Below are positions 1 through 13,164 of a stretch of 64,000 nucleotides of DNA, one piece after another (position 1 is the stretch's first letter; every line of letters starts with the position of its first letter). A program made the translations under genes and the position numbers. This DNA comes from Microbotryum violaceum (taxonomy: Eukaryota), in contig CDLV01000007.1 in the NCBI GenBank assembly GCA_001244265.2, positions 992,001 to 1,056,000 on the forward strand. Direction: 5' to 3'. A model generated the notes under the pieces. That model saw nothing but the letters and a program-made list of their open reading frames with translations, did not search any database and was not told where the DNA came from.

Positions 1-1023
1 ACCCTTGATCAAAGAGGACGAGATCATAGAGTTGGAGAGGGAGATATCCTTGGCCAAGACGAGGGCAGCTTGGAAGGTCGCTTCAGGGGAGGGATGACGC
101 GAGGCCCAGAGGAGGTCGAGGATGGGCGAAGTGGCGGGGATCACCTTGGCCGTCTGCGTGGAGATCGAAGAGGATTTGTCAGCTAACAGAAGACCTTATG
201 AAAGGCGTGAAGTGTCACGGAGGAGCGACGAGTTCCTCACCATGAACAATTGCATCGCTCGCGAGTGACCGATCAATTTGGGCAAGAAGTATGACGAAGC
301 CGCTTCGGGAACGATACCGCGTTGAGCGAAGACGAAACCGATTTTGGCGGTTTCGGAGACCAAGCGGATGTCGGCGCCGAGGGTCATGGTGATTCCTGGG
401 TTAGGGTAACAAAAGTGGGGTCAGTCGTGAGGGATGACAAGTACAGAAAGGTGAGACCTACCGATTCCAATAGCGTGACCATTGACAGCGGCGATAGTCG
501 GCTTTCGAACTCGGAAGAGCGCAAGCGAGACCGTGCCTGCAAGGCCAGTAGGGGCTTCGCCCGCGGTCAGCTCGGCACAGACTGGAGGCGGAAGCGTCAG
601 GAATCTGGCTCACCTCCACCGTCACGGTGCTCGTTGAGATTACGAGCCGAGTTTTGTGAATACCGGTCCGAAGTACTGAAATCGCCCTTTGACAGATCCG
701 CTCTAGTACAACAAGAAGCTCCTCGGCAAGTCAGCTCAGGGGCCTCTCCGCAATCCACGTCGATCCACACTTGGCGACGATCCACGCTTGAATGCTAGCA
801 ATCTTCACCCTGCACAAAACGCTTTGCCTTCATTGGGGGATCCAGCAAGTATGACGACCTTGACGTTGTCGTCACTGTCGAGTCGGTCAAAGGCAACGAC
901 CAAGCTCTTGGCCATAGGATCCGTGAAGGCGTTGCGAGCCGTGGGGCGATCGAGGTACACGACCGCGACCCCATGTTCCCGCAGTTCGACTCGGATGTCC
1001 TTCAATTCGGGATAGAGCGACAT
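1..1023 (-). CDS. Enoyl-CoA hydratase/isomerase (crotonase) family protein, multi-exon; 3' end runs off the window
   Basis: ATG at 1023 (MSLYPELKDI..VYLDRPTARNAF..KVVILAG..KAFCAG) spliced to ADL. Later exons give DGGG, MTLGADIR..KIGFVFAQRGIVPEAASSYFLPKLIGHSRA, which are crotonase motifs. Confidence 0.9.
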
Positions 1024-1313
1024 GGTCTTTGGTGTTAAAGGGCGCAGTGTAAGGACGGTGAACGATTTGAAGACGAGCCTTGAACGACGGGCTGGGGAAC
1101 GGAGAAGTGGCCCCCGAGCCGAGGGCGCGCGAGGACCCATGTATGTATGTGGGGGTCGGCCTCGCGTGTCCTCGGCAATCAATCTTGCCGGGTCCGGCAG
1201 CGGCGAGAGCCGCGGATGGCCCGTGGGGTCGGATTGGATTACAAACTTATCTCTGCTTATGCAAATGGTTTTATGATACAACGGTGTACGCTCTGATATG
1301 ACGTATAGAACGA

Positions 1314-4300
1314 TTACAACTCTTGCCTGGCCCTATCCATGAGATAGTCGTAACCTGGCATGTAGACCTCGCCCACGAGAGCCTTGACCGCCGTCTCGGC
1401 ATCATCAACGGTCAACAGCAGCGATCCAAGAGAAACGATTGTGGACGAATACGTCCCAAAACGTTCATCCTGTTCAAGTTCGATTGAGCTTGCGCCTCTT
1501 GGTCAGTCTGCACGGTTACACGTCCCCGGAGTGGAGTTGTCGAGCGTTGAAGATCGAGCACTTACGCGAAGAATTGTCCAAGTCAACTCGAATTCGCCCA
1601 ATCGTGCGCCGTCCGCGCTGTGTAGTATCTGATTCGACGCTTCATCGCTCGAGGTCTTGAACCTCTTGTCGTGATACAACAATCGATCAAGGAGAGGGCC
1701 CGGTGTCGCTTGAGGAAGCGGCGCACCCTCTCGAAGCGCGAGAGAGAGCTGACAGGGAGATAGTCGAAGTCTTGGTCAGGCTGTGTCGCAAACGTTGAAC
1801 GAAAGGGCTATCTTATTACGTCGACTGACCAATGCAAAGGTCGATGAAACATCGGAGATTAGGTTGGGGTGGAGGAAAGCCGTGGACCTGATCAACATCT
1901 TGCGCCAAGCTGGTTCGAGTCGGACCAAACCCAGTCCTAAGGACCCAAGAGCTCTGGAGATGCAGCATCATGGTCCGTCAGAAATCATTCCATGATGTAC
2001 TGCTCTTCTGAGCATCTTAGGCTCACTGCATCATGATGACTTGAGCCCGCAGCAAGGACTTGTACTCGGCTGCGGGCCAATCACCGCGCAGGGAAAGTTC
2101 GTATCTTGACTCTTTGATGTGTTGCGTCGTTCCTATCAACTTGGCCCAGATCGCTAGCAGGATCTCACGGGCCTCTTTCTGTATGGCAGGAGTGAAGGCA
2201 TCGAACTCGAGTGAAGTCGCCTCGGGCCTAGGTTGGACCAACTCCTCGGACGAGTGCTTCTTCGCGTCGTGACGATCCTCGGCGATCCAGTGCGAAAGCA
2301 GGGCCATGTAGATGCGGCCGATCTCGCCGATGCAGGTTGAATGCGTTTTGCGTACGAGCAGCCTTGACGACTGGTGACCGGGGAAGAGCATGATGATCAT
2401 CGAGGCCACCGAACCGATGATGACGAGCAGTGCTCGACGCCACGCGAGCTGAGCGCCGATAGTTCCACCGAGAGTCGCGAGGTGGCCATTGACCCAGCTG
2501 TAGCCGACGATGAGCACAGTAGTGACGGCGGTGAGGATGGCCATCTGCTGTTGCGCCGGCGGTGCGTGATTGCGCAGCGCCAATAGAGGGAGCATGAATA
2601 CGAATAGCGACGCAGCGGCTCCGATCCTATTGCTGCCTCGCCCGTTCCCAATGTACCAGACCATCATACCGTAAAGTAATCCTACCACGGTTCCGGCAAT
2701 TTTTTGAATTGTAGCCATGATCTGATCTCCTGCGTAAAGGGAAAGGAAGGTCTGCGCAGTGATGAGCGCCCATAAACCCTTATTGACGTAGGTGAAGTAG
2801 GCCGAGGTCTTCAAAACCTGGGGCAGCCACAACGCCAAACCGACGGCCGCGTACTTGATGGCAAAGATTGTCTCTGTCGTCTTGCACCATCGAACAATGC
2901 CGTACAGCTTGCCGCCGAAACGTTGGGCCGCGTTGCGGGGAGCGCGCACATCGGGGTCCTTCTTCTCCTCGTTCCGTTGGCGCAAAAAGAAGTGCAGCTC
3001 TTCCTCCTCTTTCTCTGCCCCATCAATGAGGGTCGATGCCGAATCAGAGAAGGGAATAACAACTTGGTCGGGATCGTCGCCATCCCCCGTCACACCATCG
3101 ATCTGCGATCGATGTCGGCTGAAGGCGAGCTTCCCAATCTTCCGCAGCCCGGTGGGCATCCACAGCTTGTTGACGCGGCGTTTGTGCTCGAGTTCGCTGA
3201 GTCGCGCAACGAGATTGAGGATGGTGGTTGCATAGCCCACAAGCGCGTCCGAAGCCGACAGGACTTGCATCAGCGAGATGGGAGAGAACTTGAGCTCGGC
3301 TCGCGGTCTTCCGGTCTCGAGGTCGAAGAATTTTTGGAAGGGGGCAAAGATCTCGAGTCGGCGGGTGGTGCGGTATTCCTCCATGGCACGCTCCAGAGCA
3401 GCGACACGTTCACGTTGCGCTTCATAGTCGGCCGCGACTTGATCTGACTTGAGCCGCTTCCACCTCGAGGTGTTGGCTACGGAAAGCCAGGTCATGGCAC
3501 CCAAGAGGGCTTCGTCCATAGCGATCAACAACGGGTCCACGGCGTTGGCAAACCGGGGCAGCAGGGTCGCAATCGAATGGGCATGCTTGTCCTCGGCAGC
3601 GAAGATCTTGCTGCGCAATTGGTTCAGATAAGGCGCCTCTCTCCCGATGGGGTGTTGCAGCTTGGCCTGCAAATCGATGATGCCTTTGGTATCCCGAAGC
3701 GTGCGTAGCGCTTGCGACTCGAGTCCTCGGTACAACGACCCAAGTCCGAGCGACCGACTTGCCAGCTCTTCGAGCAGAGGCTTCAGACTGTAATAGTCCT
3801 TCGCACTCATGCGGCCGACCGACGCTTCTAATTCCATCGTACCCATCCCTCCCAGAAGAGCGTTCACGCCGATCGCGATCGCGATCGCGTTGTTGTTCCA
3901 CGCGTCATGTTGGTCGATCCAGGCCGTGGACGTGCTCGAGGGTGGTGGGGTCCGTAAGAGCTTGGAGAACAGCGCGATTCGCTCGTACACAGGCGTGAGG
4001 CAGGTGTCCACCAAACTGGTGGTCCAGGTACTGTTGATCGATTCTGGAAAGATGAGGACCGATCCGGCCGCCGCGATTCCGAGGAAGCAGCCTGTTGGGA
4101 GCAAGAAGTTGTACGCGAGGGTATAATTCGCCCTGCGCGTTCGTGAATGGGTTCGCAAAACTGATCAATCACAAACGACCCTTGATGGCCAGATAAAAGT
4201 CAAAGCGCAAATACGCACGAAGGGAACAGGGGGCCATAGCTAAGCATGACGTCCATGACGATTGTCCCAAAGATGGAGGCCACCATCAGTTTAGGCGCAT

Positions 4301-5188
4301 TAGCACGCATCAGTCCCAGTGCGAACGATCCAACGACGAAAAAGACACCAATGATGAGCGTCGACCGCCAATCGAGAAATTGACCCTGAAAGATGGCCAC
4401 TCGGTACAGCGCGTCGATGTTTTGCGCGTTAGCGTTGGCTACCCTGAACGACTTCACCTCGGAGCCGAGCAAAGCTTGACTCCTTGCTCGAGCCGCCGCG
4501 GCCATCGCTGCGCAGGACCACGCCCACCCCAGGCACATGCCAAACACCAGCAGAAAGCCGACTGAAAGAACCATCATCACGGGCAGGTTCGCCGGAATCA
4601 TAATGGCGGCGATACACCCGAAGAAAGCCGCGTTGCCGAGACGGGTCAACGACTTGGGCTCGAGGACGATAATGAAGGCGCCGAGCAAGACGAGCGCGCC
4701 TCGAGCCAAGCTTTTCCTCGCCCTCCATTTTGCTCTGTTGTGATTTTGAACGAGAAGAGAGTGTGTGCCCGGGGGTTTGGGTGCGGGGAATAAAGCTGCG
4801 CAACGTCAACGGGGCCGAACGTGGGTGCCAATGTAACGTCGAAGTTAGCGCACTGCAAACGGTTCGGATGAATGTATGGACGATACAGGGATGTAGTGTT
4901 CCCGTCACATTAGCTCCGTGGAGAACGGTATTCTACCATTCGTCCCTCGCACGCACGGAGCAAGCAGTATCTGTTTGCGCTCTCCGCCGGGATCTTCATT
5001 GTTGTGACCAGGCCCTTGAAGGTGGGGTGCCGGAACGTACCATCGAGTGGCGCCGCGAACAGCGGATAGGTCACTTTGGACCTCCAACCGGGCTTGCTTG
5101 CAGTTTCTTGATCGTGTTGACCGAAGTCACCTGTATCGCCTTGCTTGTGACCGGCTCCGTCCTTCGTTCCCGTATCGACGGCGCGCAT
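1314..5188 (-). CDS. Multi-pass membrane protein of the ArAE/FUSC-like (Bre4-related, ER transporter 6TM) family, multi-exon
   Basis: Hydrophobic exon 4200-4730 (GWAWSCAAMAAAARAR..SIFGTIVMDVMLSYGPLFP) and long exon 2023-4158 (GLWALITAQT..GTVVGLLYGMMVWYIGNG..TTVLIVGYSW..AWRRALLVIIG). Last exon ends ..ALVGEVYMPGYDYLMDRARQEL* at 1314. Start ATG 5188 is inferred. Confidence 0.8.
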
Positions 5189-5815
5189 CTCGCTCTCAAG
5201 TGAGGGCAACTCCGGATCGGCGTTGAGCGACTGAGTCGACGTTTCCTACCTTCAGGCAGAGCCGAAGCGTGTGTCAGAGGATGGATCAAAAGTAGATCTG
5301 TCTACGGGAAAGGGTAACGGGAAGAGCCGGAAGCGACTGTGGCTCGCAGCTGCACTAGCTCGTGTCGCGAGATTGACCGTAGATTGATCGGACCTATACA
5401 CCACCCGCGAGGCCAAAGCAGGAACCGGAGCACGCCGATCGCCGGGCGTAATACCTCCAGTCCGCTCAACCCGAGCACAACCCTGAGTGCAGTAGATAGC
5501 TCTATAAATCACGTAACGAAGTCATCTCAATCTCTGATGTGAAGAAAAGTCACGAATCACCGTGTATGGGACATCAAGCAATTCAGGCTCAAGTCGCCGG
5601 TAGCTAGGATGAGCGCGTGAAAGCTGCCAAGTCACTGCTACCTGCCATGCTCCTCGGGTTTCGTGAACCTAAACCTTGGTCATTAATTTACAACATGTTC
5701 TTAATCCATCTATCAAGGTCGACACCCAGCCAAGTGGAATCGCATGTCTCCCTTACTTCTTCAGCTCTGGGTCGGCGCGTGCCCGAGAATCTATACCTAT
5801 GGTGCGCTTTGACTT

Positions 5816-6577
5816 CTACGGTGCCCCTGACGTAGCTGTGGTCAATCTCTTGTTTTCCAAAGAGTCCAGCCCTTCCACAAAGCCTCTCATCGGATCGCTC
5901 GGTGATGGTGCCGCTAAAGTGTCAGTATCTCTGTTGACTGACAATCCCGCAAACTCGCTCAACAAGGAAGAGGTCGTGCCACCAGTTGCTGCCAAGGTCA
6001 TTGTTTGTGCCGGAAATGTCTCCTTCTTCGATGGTAGGATCATCCCACCGTCTCCAGTCCATCCGGGTGCAACGGCGTTGAGGTGGGCTTTCCTGGCCTT
6101 CTCCTTGGCTTCAGAGTAGGAGCGCAACCGTTCCAATCGCTGGGCATGAGACGATCGTAGTGCCTCGAGAGCAGCGGGAAGAACAGAGAGGGCGTGGTTC
6201 TCGATAGTGAAAGGGTACACGAACTGTTGATGAGGTACAGTCGTCGAAGATGGAAGGACATGTGGTTCCGAGTCAGTGGGATGATCTGTGCTCGTGGCCC
6301 GAATCGCTCGCTCACGCACGTAGGGCTCGACCGAGTCGGGTAGAGGATGGATGTCTGGGGGGAGTTCAACCTATTACGTTTGGTTAAGATTCAATTGGGT
6401 CAGCGCTCCGAGGCTCAGCATGGGTCGCTCGAATGCTCCACTGGAAGCGGGATGAAGGTATGATGTCGAACCCACGGGCTTGGGTACCCAGAATGAAGGC
6501 GACTTGATAAGAGGTACCTTCTCCACCAGGTCCCTAGTCGTCAAGGTCTGGCCCGTCACAGCTATAGCGATATACAA
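5816..6577 (-). CDS. Small hypothetical fungal protein, spliced; start not resolved
   Basis: Exon-like segments PSFWVPKPVGSTSYLHP / LPPDIHPL / FVYPFTIENHALS..EAKEKARKAHLNAVAPGW joined by GT-AG introns. Stop at 5816. Confidence 0.6.
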
Positions 6578-7193
6578 TCATGGCCATAATCATTGTCCGA
6601 ACGAGCCCGTCGCGGTGTGACACGTGCAGTTTTGATTCAGGTAGTTCAGGTGGGAGCGGAACAGGACGTCACGTCGAATGCGGGAGCGAGCACCGCGGGG
6701 AAGAGTGGTGATAGGGGGGGAGGTACAGATCTTTGTTAGCGATGGAAGATATTGGGATGCGTCTTATCAAGATAACGACTCACAAGACATGCCAATCTGC
6801 ACTTGAGTCTAGCTCCGCCGACGGTGACGCACGGCCGTCCGATTCGAGCGCAGACAATGAATGGGTCACGTGGTGAGAGGGGACCAGAGGGAGCTCCGCC
6901 GACGCTCCGCCAAAATGAGTCGACTGCCCCTACGCGCGGGGCAATATGAGTCGACTCGCCCCAAATCGAGAGGCATAGGAGCCATTTTTAGATGCCCTTG
7001 CCTCGCAAAGTACCTATCCAAATGAGTGGGCGGGCCTCCCTCACCGAACCCGCCTTCCCAAACTCTTTCTTCTCCTGCACCCGACGCCGGCTAGCTGGCA
7101 GCAACTCATCCCATCCCCGCTTATAATACGCCCGACGTCCTCGCGATCGCCATCAGCGCGTTCGCCGACTCGTCGCTCACAACTACAGGTCCT

Positions 7194-8737
7194 TTGCGTA
7201 CTCTCACTCTGACTTCCATCGTGCTCGCCATCATGTCCTTCTTCAGGCACATGCTGTGCCAAGGCAGCGACGACGGCGTCGACAACCTCTTCGCGACTGC
7301 TAGTGCTAGGGATACCAGTAATGTGCCCGTGGCGCACTGGGACCCTTCAGATGAGATTCCACGCGGTTTCAAATCGCACGTGCAACACTTTGAATTCGGC
7401 ATCACCAACGATTCCAGCGTCAAGTTCGAGTCCATGGGCGCTTGGGCCAACGGCACACTGCAGCTCTCTCATGCTTGGTCGAACGAACTGTTGCAGCTCC
7501 AACAACGCTCCGAGTCTGATGAGAAGGTCTGTGCTACGCTCACCTCGGACGTCAAGGGGCACGACTCCCAGTCCATGGTGCGCGCTCAGACCATGTGGCC
7601 CGGGTGGCCTTGGCATTGGTGGAGCCGAAAGCGACAAGAGGTGGACGAATGGCCGATGCGCGGCAATCCGGATGGTCTCGTTGTCCAGATCCGCGTCGAG
7701 GCTCGCTACAACAATGACTCGCTCTGGAAGGAGTCTAACATCATTGCTACTTGCGATGACTCTTTGAATGTGACCCTGCTCGTAGAGGTGAGGGGCCAGC
7801 CCATCTCGGCGCCTCGGAGAATCCCCAAAACGCTGACTTTTTCGTCTCCTCCTCCTCCGCCTGATACGCTCTACTCTTCTACCAGACTCCCGAAAGACTC
7901 TGGGATAACTCGAGAAAATGGAGCCGACTCGACTTCCACACCACAGTCCGCACCTCGTCCGCGGTCGAGTCTCTCAAGCTACTTTCGGTCCAAAACTCGT
8001 CGTCCGATTCGGCCCCACCGCAGCGCCATGATTGGAAGGTCCAAGGGGACGTTTCGCTCAAAAATATCTTTTTCGATCGAGTCGACGTCCGGACCAAAAA
8101 CTCTCCCATCTCTTTCGACTACCTGGAAGCTGACGACGTCGACCTTGCGACGACTAACGCGTTTGTTCGAGGCAAGATCCTCGGTGCTCGTGTAAATATT
8201 CAGACTAGCAACAGCAGCATCAGCGGCGACTTCGAAGGATGCGAGGGCTTGCGAATCCAGACAACCAACGCGTCCATCTCCGGTCTGTACAAGGTCGGCG
8301 AAAGTAGCGACGGTGTCTTGCTCAAGACGACGAACGAAGCGATCCGGGCCCAAGTCGAAGTCTTCGAGCAAGAGGACGAAAAGAAGATCGCTCTTCGAGA
8401 CCCTGTCAAGATCGAAGCCCAGTCAACGAACGCATCGGTCAATCTCGACGTCGTCCGTTCGCCTCCTAGAGCCAAGATCGATTGGACCGTGGCTTCGAGC
8501 AATGGACCGTTGAGGCTCAAGTACCCTGCTCCATTCGATGGGTCCTTCCAAGTCAGGACCTCGAACAGCTCACCCACCCAGGTCATTGCACCAGGATCTC
8601 ACAATATCAGATACAATTTCAACACCAACTCGCACAAGGAAGGTCTCATGAGCTCGGGTTTGGATCCAGCGAACCGCGGCAACGTCAGGCTCGTCGCCAC
8701 CACCTCCAACGCCTCGGCCGAGTTAGTCGTCGCCTGA
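7194..8737 (+). CDS. Putative adhesin-like (DUF4097-type beta-repeat) protein; start approximate
   Basis: Intron ~7788-7885 (GTGAGG..ACCAG) joins ORF 7194 to the frame ending at 8737. The C-terminal half has repeated T-[ST]-N-[AS]-x-I units (TKNSPI, TTNAFV, TSNSSI, TTNASI, TTNEAI, STNASV, SSNGPL, TSNAS). Confidence 0.65.
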
Positions 8738-9024
8738 TTATATCACGAGTTATTGTTCGCCTTCTGGGTATTGCGCAGTGAAAACATATTATCTCTCTTC
8801 TTTCAAGCTTGAATTCCTGGGCTGCAATAGAACCAGCTCCATGCATGTTGAGATGCATTCGCCACGATTAGGACGGCAGTGGATAGGCCCGCGCTGCGAG
8901 AGGGATAGAGCTTTACGGAGAGCGAAACAGTCTTGAAACTACGCAATTTGTACAAGCACTACTAAATGCGACATCCACACAGAAAACAAAAGGCCCAAAG
9001 AGAAAAGCTGCGCCTGAGGAGTTT

Positions 9025-11808
9025 CTAAGCCATCCTCCGCTTCTTGCCCTTGCTTGCCTCGAGGTCCTCGACAGCAGGACTGGGCGCGACAGAATCGACG
9101 CGGGCAAAGAAGGGAGTCAACGCCCACGGGTCAGGGGCCATGTCGGCTACGTTGATGGGCTTGCTGGAGAGGGATTGTTCGTATTGCTGCATGCGCGAGT
9201 AGACACGAGGTCCTGAATTCGTCAGTATGGGCCCTATGGGACGACGGAGCTCAGGTAACTGGACTGACCTTTGCGAGCGATGGCTTGCCCAAGAATCGGA
9301 TGGTCGCATTGAGGAACTCGTACATGTCATTCTCGAATTCGGAAAGTCGGTACTTTGAGCTGAGACTGGTGAGGTGAGACTTGAGTGTGCGTTCTTCGGG
9401 CACATTCAGGAACTGCACGGGAGATTATACAAGAAGATCGAGTCAGCTCAACTGACCGATTCGCATGGCGTCTATGTAATCGTCGAGAAAGGGGACATAC
9501 CTCGTGTATTCGATCCCTCATCGATCGTTCAAAATCTGCTTGCGCAACGTCTCGTGAGCCAAAGAGCAGTTGCGCCGCTTTGACGAGCTTGCCCTTCTCC
9601 TTCTCGCGCTCGGCTTCGAGGTGCGCCTCCTCGTCTTCGTCGTCGTCGTCATCACTGTCATCATCGTCGTCATCTCCTTGATCGACATCCATCGCCGTTG
9701 TGCTCCGAGGAGGTCGCGGAACGATAGTCGTCGCCGACTGGGTCGTCACGCGAGCAGACCACCCTCGACCCTCCCAAACACCACACCCGCAGCCGAACAA
9801 GGTCTCGATCGCCGACGTGCCCGTCCATCCATCGACGAGGTAGCCCTCAAGGCAGGCCTGGATGACAAAGGAGTGGAGCAGCGAGAACCATGCGGCTGTG
9901 ACGGCAACCTCGACCTCGGCGACCTGTGTTGCATCGTCCTTGGCGAGGTACGAATCGAACTCTTCGCTACGATCAGATTCTTGACGAAGCACACGGTCTC
10001 GAGCGTCCTTGAGCAGGTGCGCGGAGAGTGAAAGGAATCTTGGGATGACGTCGACGAGGGGTCGCTTGCCCGGCGCACCTTCCCCGTTGGCCCCTACGTC
10101 CAGGCCTTGGCCGGGCACATTGCGGTGCTTGTTCAGACGAGTCGACGCGACCATGAGGCAGACCGAGCATGAGCCCACTCGATGGCGGCGGCACCACGTC
10201 GTGGACGTCGAAGGCAGGATGGATAAGCCAAAAATTTCTTTGGCACGGGAACGCATGGCCTGCCCGCGCACGATGCGGTAATCCATATGCGGCGCCGCCG
10301 TCAAGTCGCTGCCTCGCGAAGTCGAGCCGGCACCCTGGGTGCTGAAGACAGATCCTGCGGACGAATCTTTGTCAGGCGACGTCGGCTTGTCCTCCGCTTC
10401 AGCATCGGCCGAAGGAGAGGTGGCACTTGTCGAAACGGTGCATCCTTCCTCTTCTCTGGCGAACTTCATATTGATAAGCGATTGCGCGATCGAAGTGTTC
10501 TTGGGCCTCGACGAGTCGACGGCATGGGCCGAGGTCGAGTGGTACAACGTCGTCGTATCCGGACTGGTCAACACTTGAAGTGCCTTGATACCCGGAACGG
10601 CCTCACTGGCGACCACGTCATGTGACGTGATTTTGCACACCGATCCTTCCGGCGTTGGGTTCGACAGGAGCTCCTCGGTCAGGCCAGCGAGCTCGACCCG
10701 TCGGGCAACCGAGGCTGGAAGATCGCCTTCCCGACGGTTGGCACGCAAGAGACTGACGCCGAGTTTCCACAGGCCCTGCGACTTTTGCTCGGCATCGAGC
10801 CAGGAGTCATCGAGGTCGATGTGGTCCTCGTCCGAGACATCCTCGGCTCGGTGAAGCAAAGCGCGGGCGCCATTGGGTAATGTGAATGCCTCCAATCGGG
10901 ACAAAGTTGCGAGGTGAACGGTATAGGAGAGGATGTTAGATCTCGAGGATCGCGAAGGGGCGCGGGGTGGGATCGATTGGAGCAAGTGCGATACCGGGTG
11001 CTGGGGCGCTCTGCTCGCCGAAAAGACAGGGGGCGGGGAGGCAAGCCAGCGGATGGCAAAAGTCAGCGTCCTAAAACTTCTACATGCGGTCTCGAATCGA
11101 TGAAGCCCGACTGATGGTTCGAGAAGTTTATTGAAAATCGGTGGCCATGGCCGTTCTCCGTCGCGCTCGGTGAGTTGGTGATAAGACCCCGAACGCGAAA
11201 GCGCGCGGATCACCGGATGACCGATCGTGGCCCCGCAATCATCGGAGAGGCGCGGGCGAAGCGCTCCGAGCATGCGCCGCCCGCAAACGGAAGACGTCGG
11301 CAGCGGAGCATACCCGCATCAGGTACGGCGGACACACCACTTGGTACACCTTGATCGTTAAAATCCTGTCCAGCAGTAACAGTGGCATGCTGCGTAGGCA
11401 GTTGTGGGTCCGAAGACTTGAAGCCGAGTCGCCGTAGACATGGCAAGTGGGTGATAGCGAAGTTGACGGAAGCGCCCGACACCATCCGGGTTGAAGAGCA
11501 CAGGGGGAACCAGGTCAAGAGGACATGTCAGCTCACCTATAACCGGGAGTATCAGTCCCTATGCCATTAGGTCGAGCACTGGAAGAGGTGTTGGTTGTTG
11601 CCGAAGCGATTGAGGCCGTCGTCGCCGCGGCGTTTGACGATGTCGACGTCGACGCCGTCGGTACCGTTTGAGGTCGTACGGAGGGATGAGTGCGACTCCA
11701 AACTTCAAACTCGCGTCGACTGATAAAGTGGCGAGAATTTCCTTGCAGAGACGGACAGTCGGAGGGCAGCGCTGGCATCAGAATCGACGGTGGAGCCGAG
11801 GTCGCCAT
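9025..11808 (-). CDS. Hypothetical fungal protein with acidic tract and Cys/His cluster, multi-exon
   Basis: ATG 11808 (MATSAPP..), long ORF 9327-11273 (WFSLLHSFVIQACLEGYLVDGWTG..LFGCGCG) and a terminal exon ending ..KGKKRRMA* at 9025. GT-AG junctions link them. Confidence 0.65.
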
Positions 11809-13164
11809 GACGGAACGGGAGGTTCGAGTGATTGCGAGTCGCGTAAGGCTCGTGTCGGGAACAGGCGGAACGGTCCCTCCAGGCGGAACGGTCCGAGACC
11901 AAAAGCGTCGAAGAAAAGAAGGTGTATCACGTGGAGCTATGGCCCCAAGCGAGGGTATCTGAGATGGTAGACGGGCGTCACGGGTCGGAGGAGGAAGCCT
12001 TGGAAGTCTATATTGCGGGAGATGCGCAGAGACGCGTCGGAATCGAAAATTGTAATCCCAAATTAGAATCAGCTCGGACCGCGAACCCCCGAATTACCCG
12101 AAGTAATCTCGAGAGTCAATACTTATGAACAGTGTTCGGTGCAGAAGATCCTACAACAGAGCAGAATCGTTTGCCCGCGCACCTCACTTTAGCTTCGACG
12201 CTTGTCCCGCCATAGGTAGGCATGTAGCACACCCGAATCGCGAGACCTCTCAACCCGGAGAATTGCAGGCCAAGCAACCTCCGGCCAGGCGCCCCACACG
12301 GGTAGCCAACGACGTCCGCCATTCGACGGAGGCCCGCATGCATAGACCTGCACCAAGCTTAGGTAGCATGCGCAATATCTCCAACGCTGCCTGTCTGACC
12401 TGAGTAGGTACGTAGCCACACGAGGTGTCCGAGAGTTATCGTGTGATGGTCCGATCAAGTTCTGGCAGTAGCCGAGGGCCGAGGCAAGAGCGCCAGAAAA
12501 CTTTGAGAAATCCCGATCCCGCTCAGGCGCTCGGGAGAGTGCACCCGTGAGAGCTCGCGGGGACAAAGGGGCCTAGCGTTCGCCAGGAACCGCTGGATAT
12601 CTGCGATCGTGCACACCCAATTTTTCTAATGCAGTAATGGTAGGCTTATGCGTGCTGACTGGACCAGTAGGGGCATAGGGCACCCTTTTCGGGCGGTGAC
12701 AAACGAGAAGCTTTGTGCACTTGGGCTTCGCGCGCGCCTCAGCCTTGTTCGATCCCTGAATAATCTCGGGTTCAGGGCCAGCGCGCCAGCGGGAGAGCTT
12801 CCGGAGCCGAGGGCCGGCGAAAGCGGTGGGTCGGGCTCTCCACCAAGTGGCTTCATGGTAACGGTAGAACCTGAATCAATTTTGGGAGTAAAGTCTCGAG
12901 GAGTGAAGTCGGTCTGGACGCTCGCTGCAGCATATCACTAGGCGGTGTCAGTCAGAACGTCAGAACGCTGCCGAGCGCTGCTTGAAGCTGTCAGTGGCCA
13001 CCGGCCTGCGATCGGGGCCGAACGCTGATAGCGCGGTCAGAATTAGGCCAGCACCGACGACGACCTGAGGCCTCTCCTCAGTCCCACTTCAAGTTAGTCT
13101 TGTAGACGCTCACCTTCGCTCCGACGGACCGCCGACTCGCTAGCTCGAGTGCACCTCATCCACC

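Noticed and set aside
4726-4728. ATG (MEGEEKLG) as start of the Bre4-like gene
   Set aside because: Out of frame with the transmembrane exon and lies just after a CAG acceptor, so an upstream exon is more likely.
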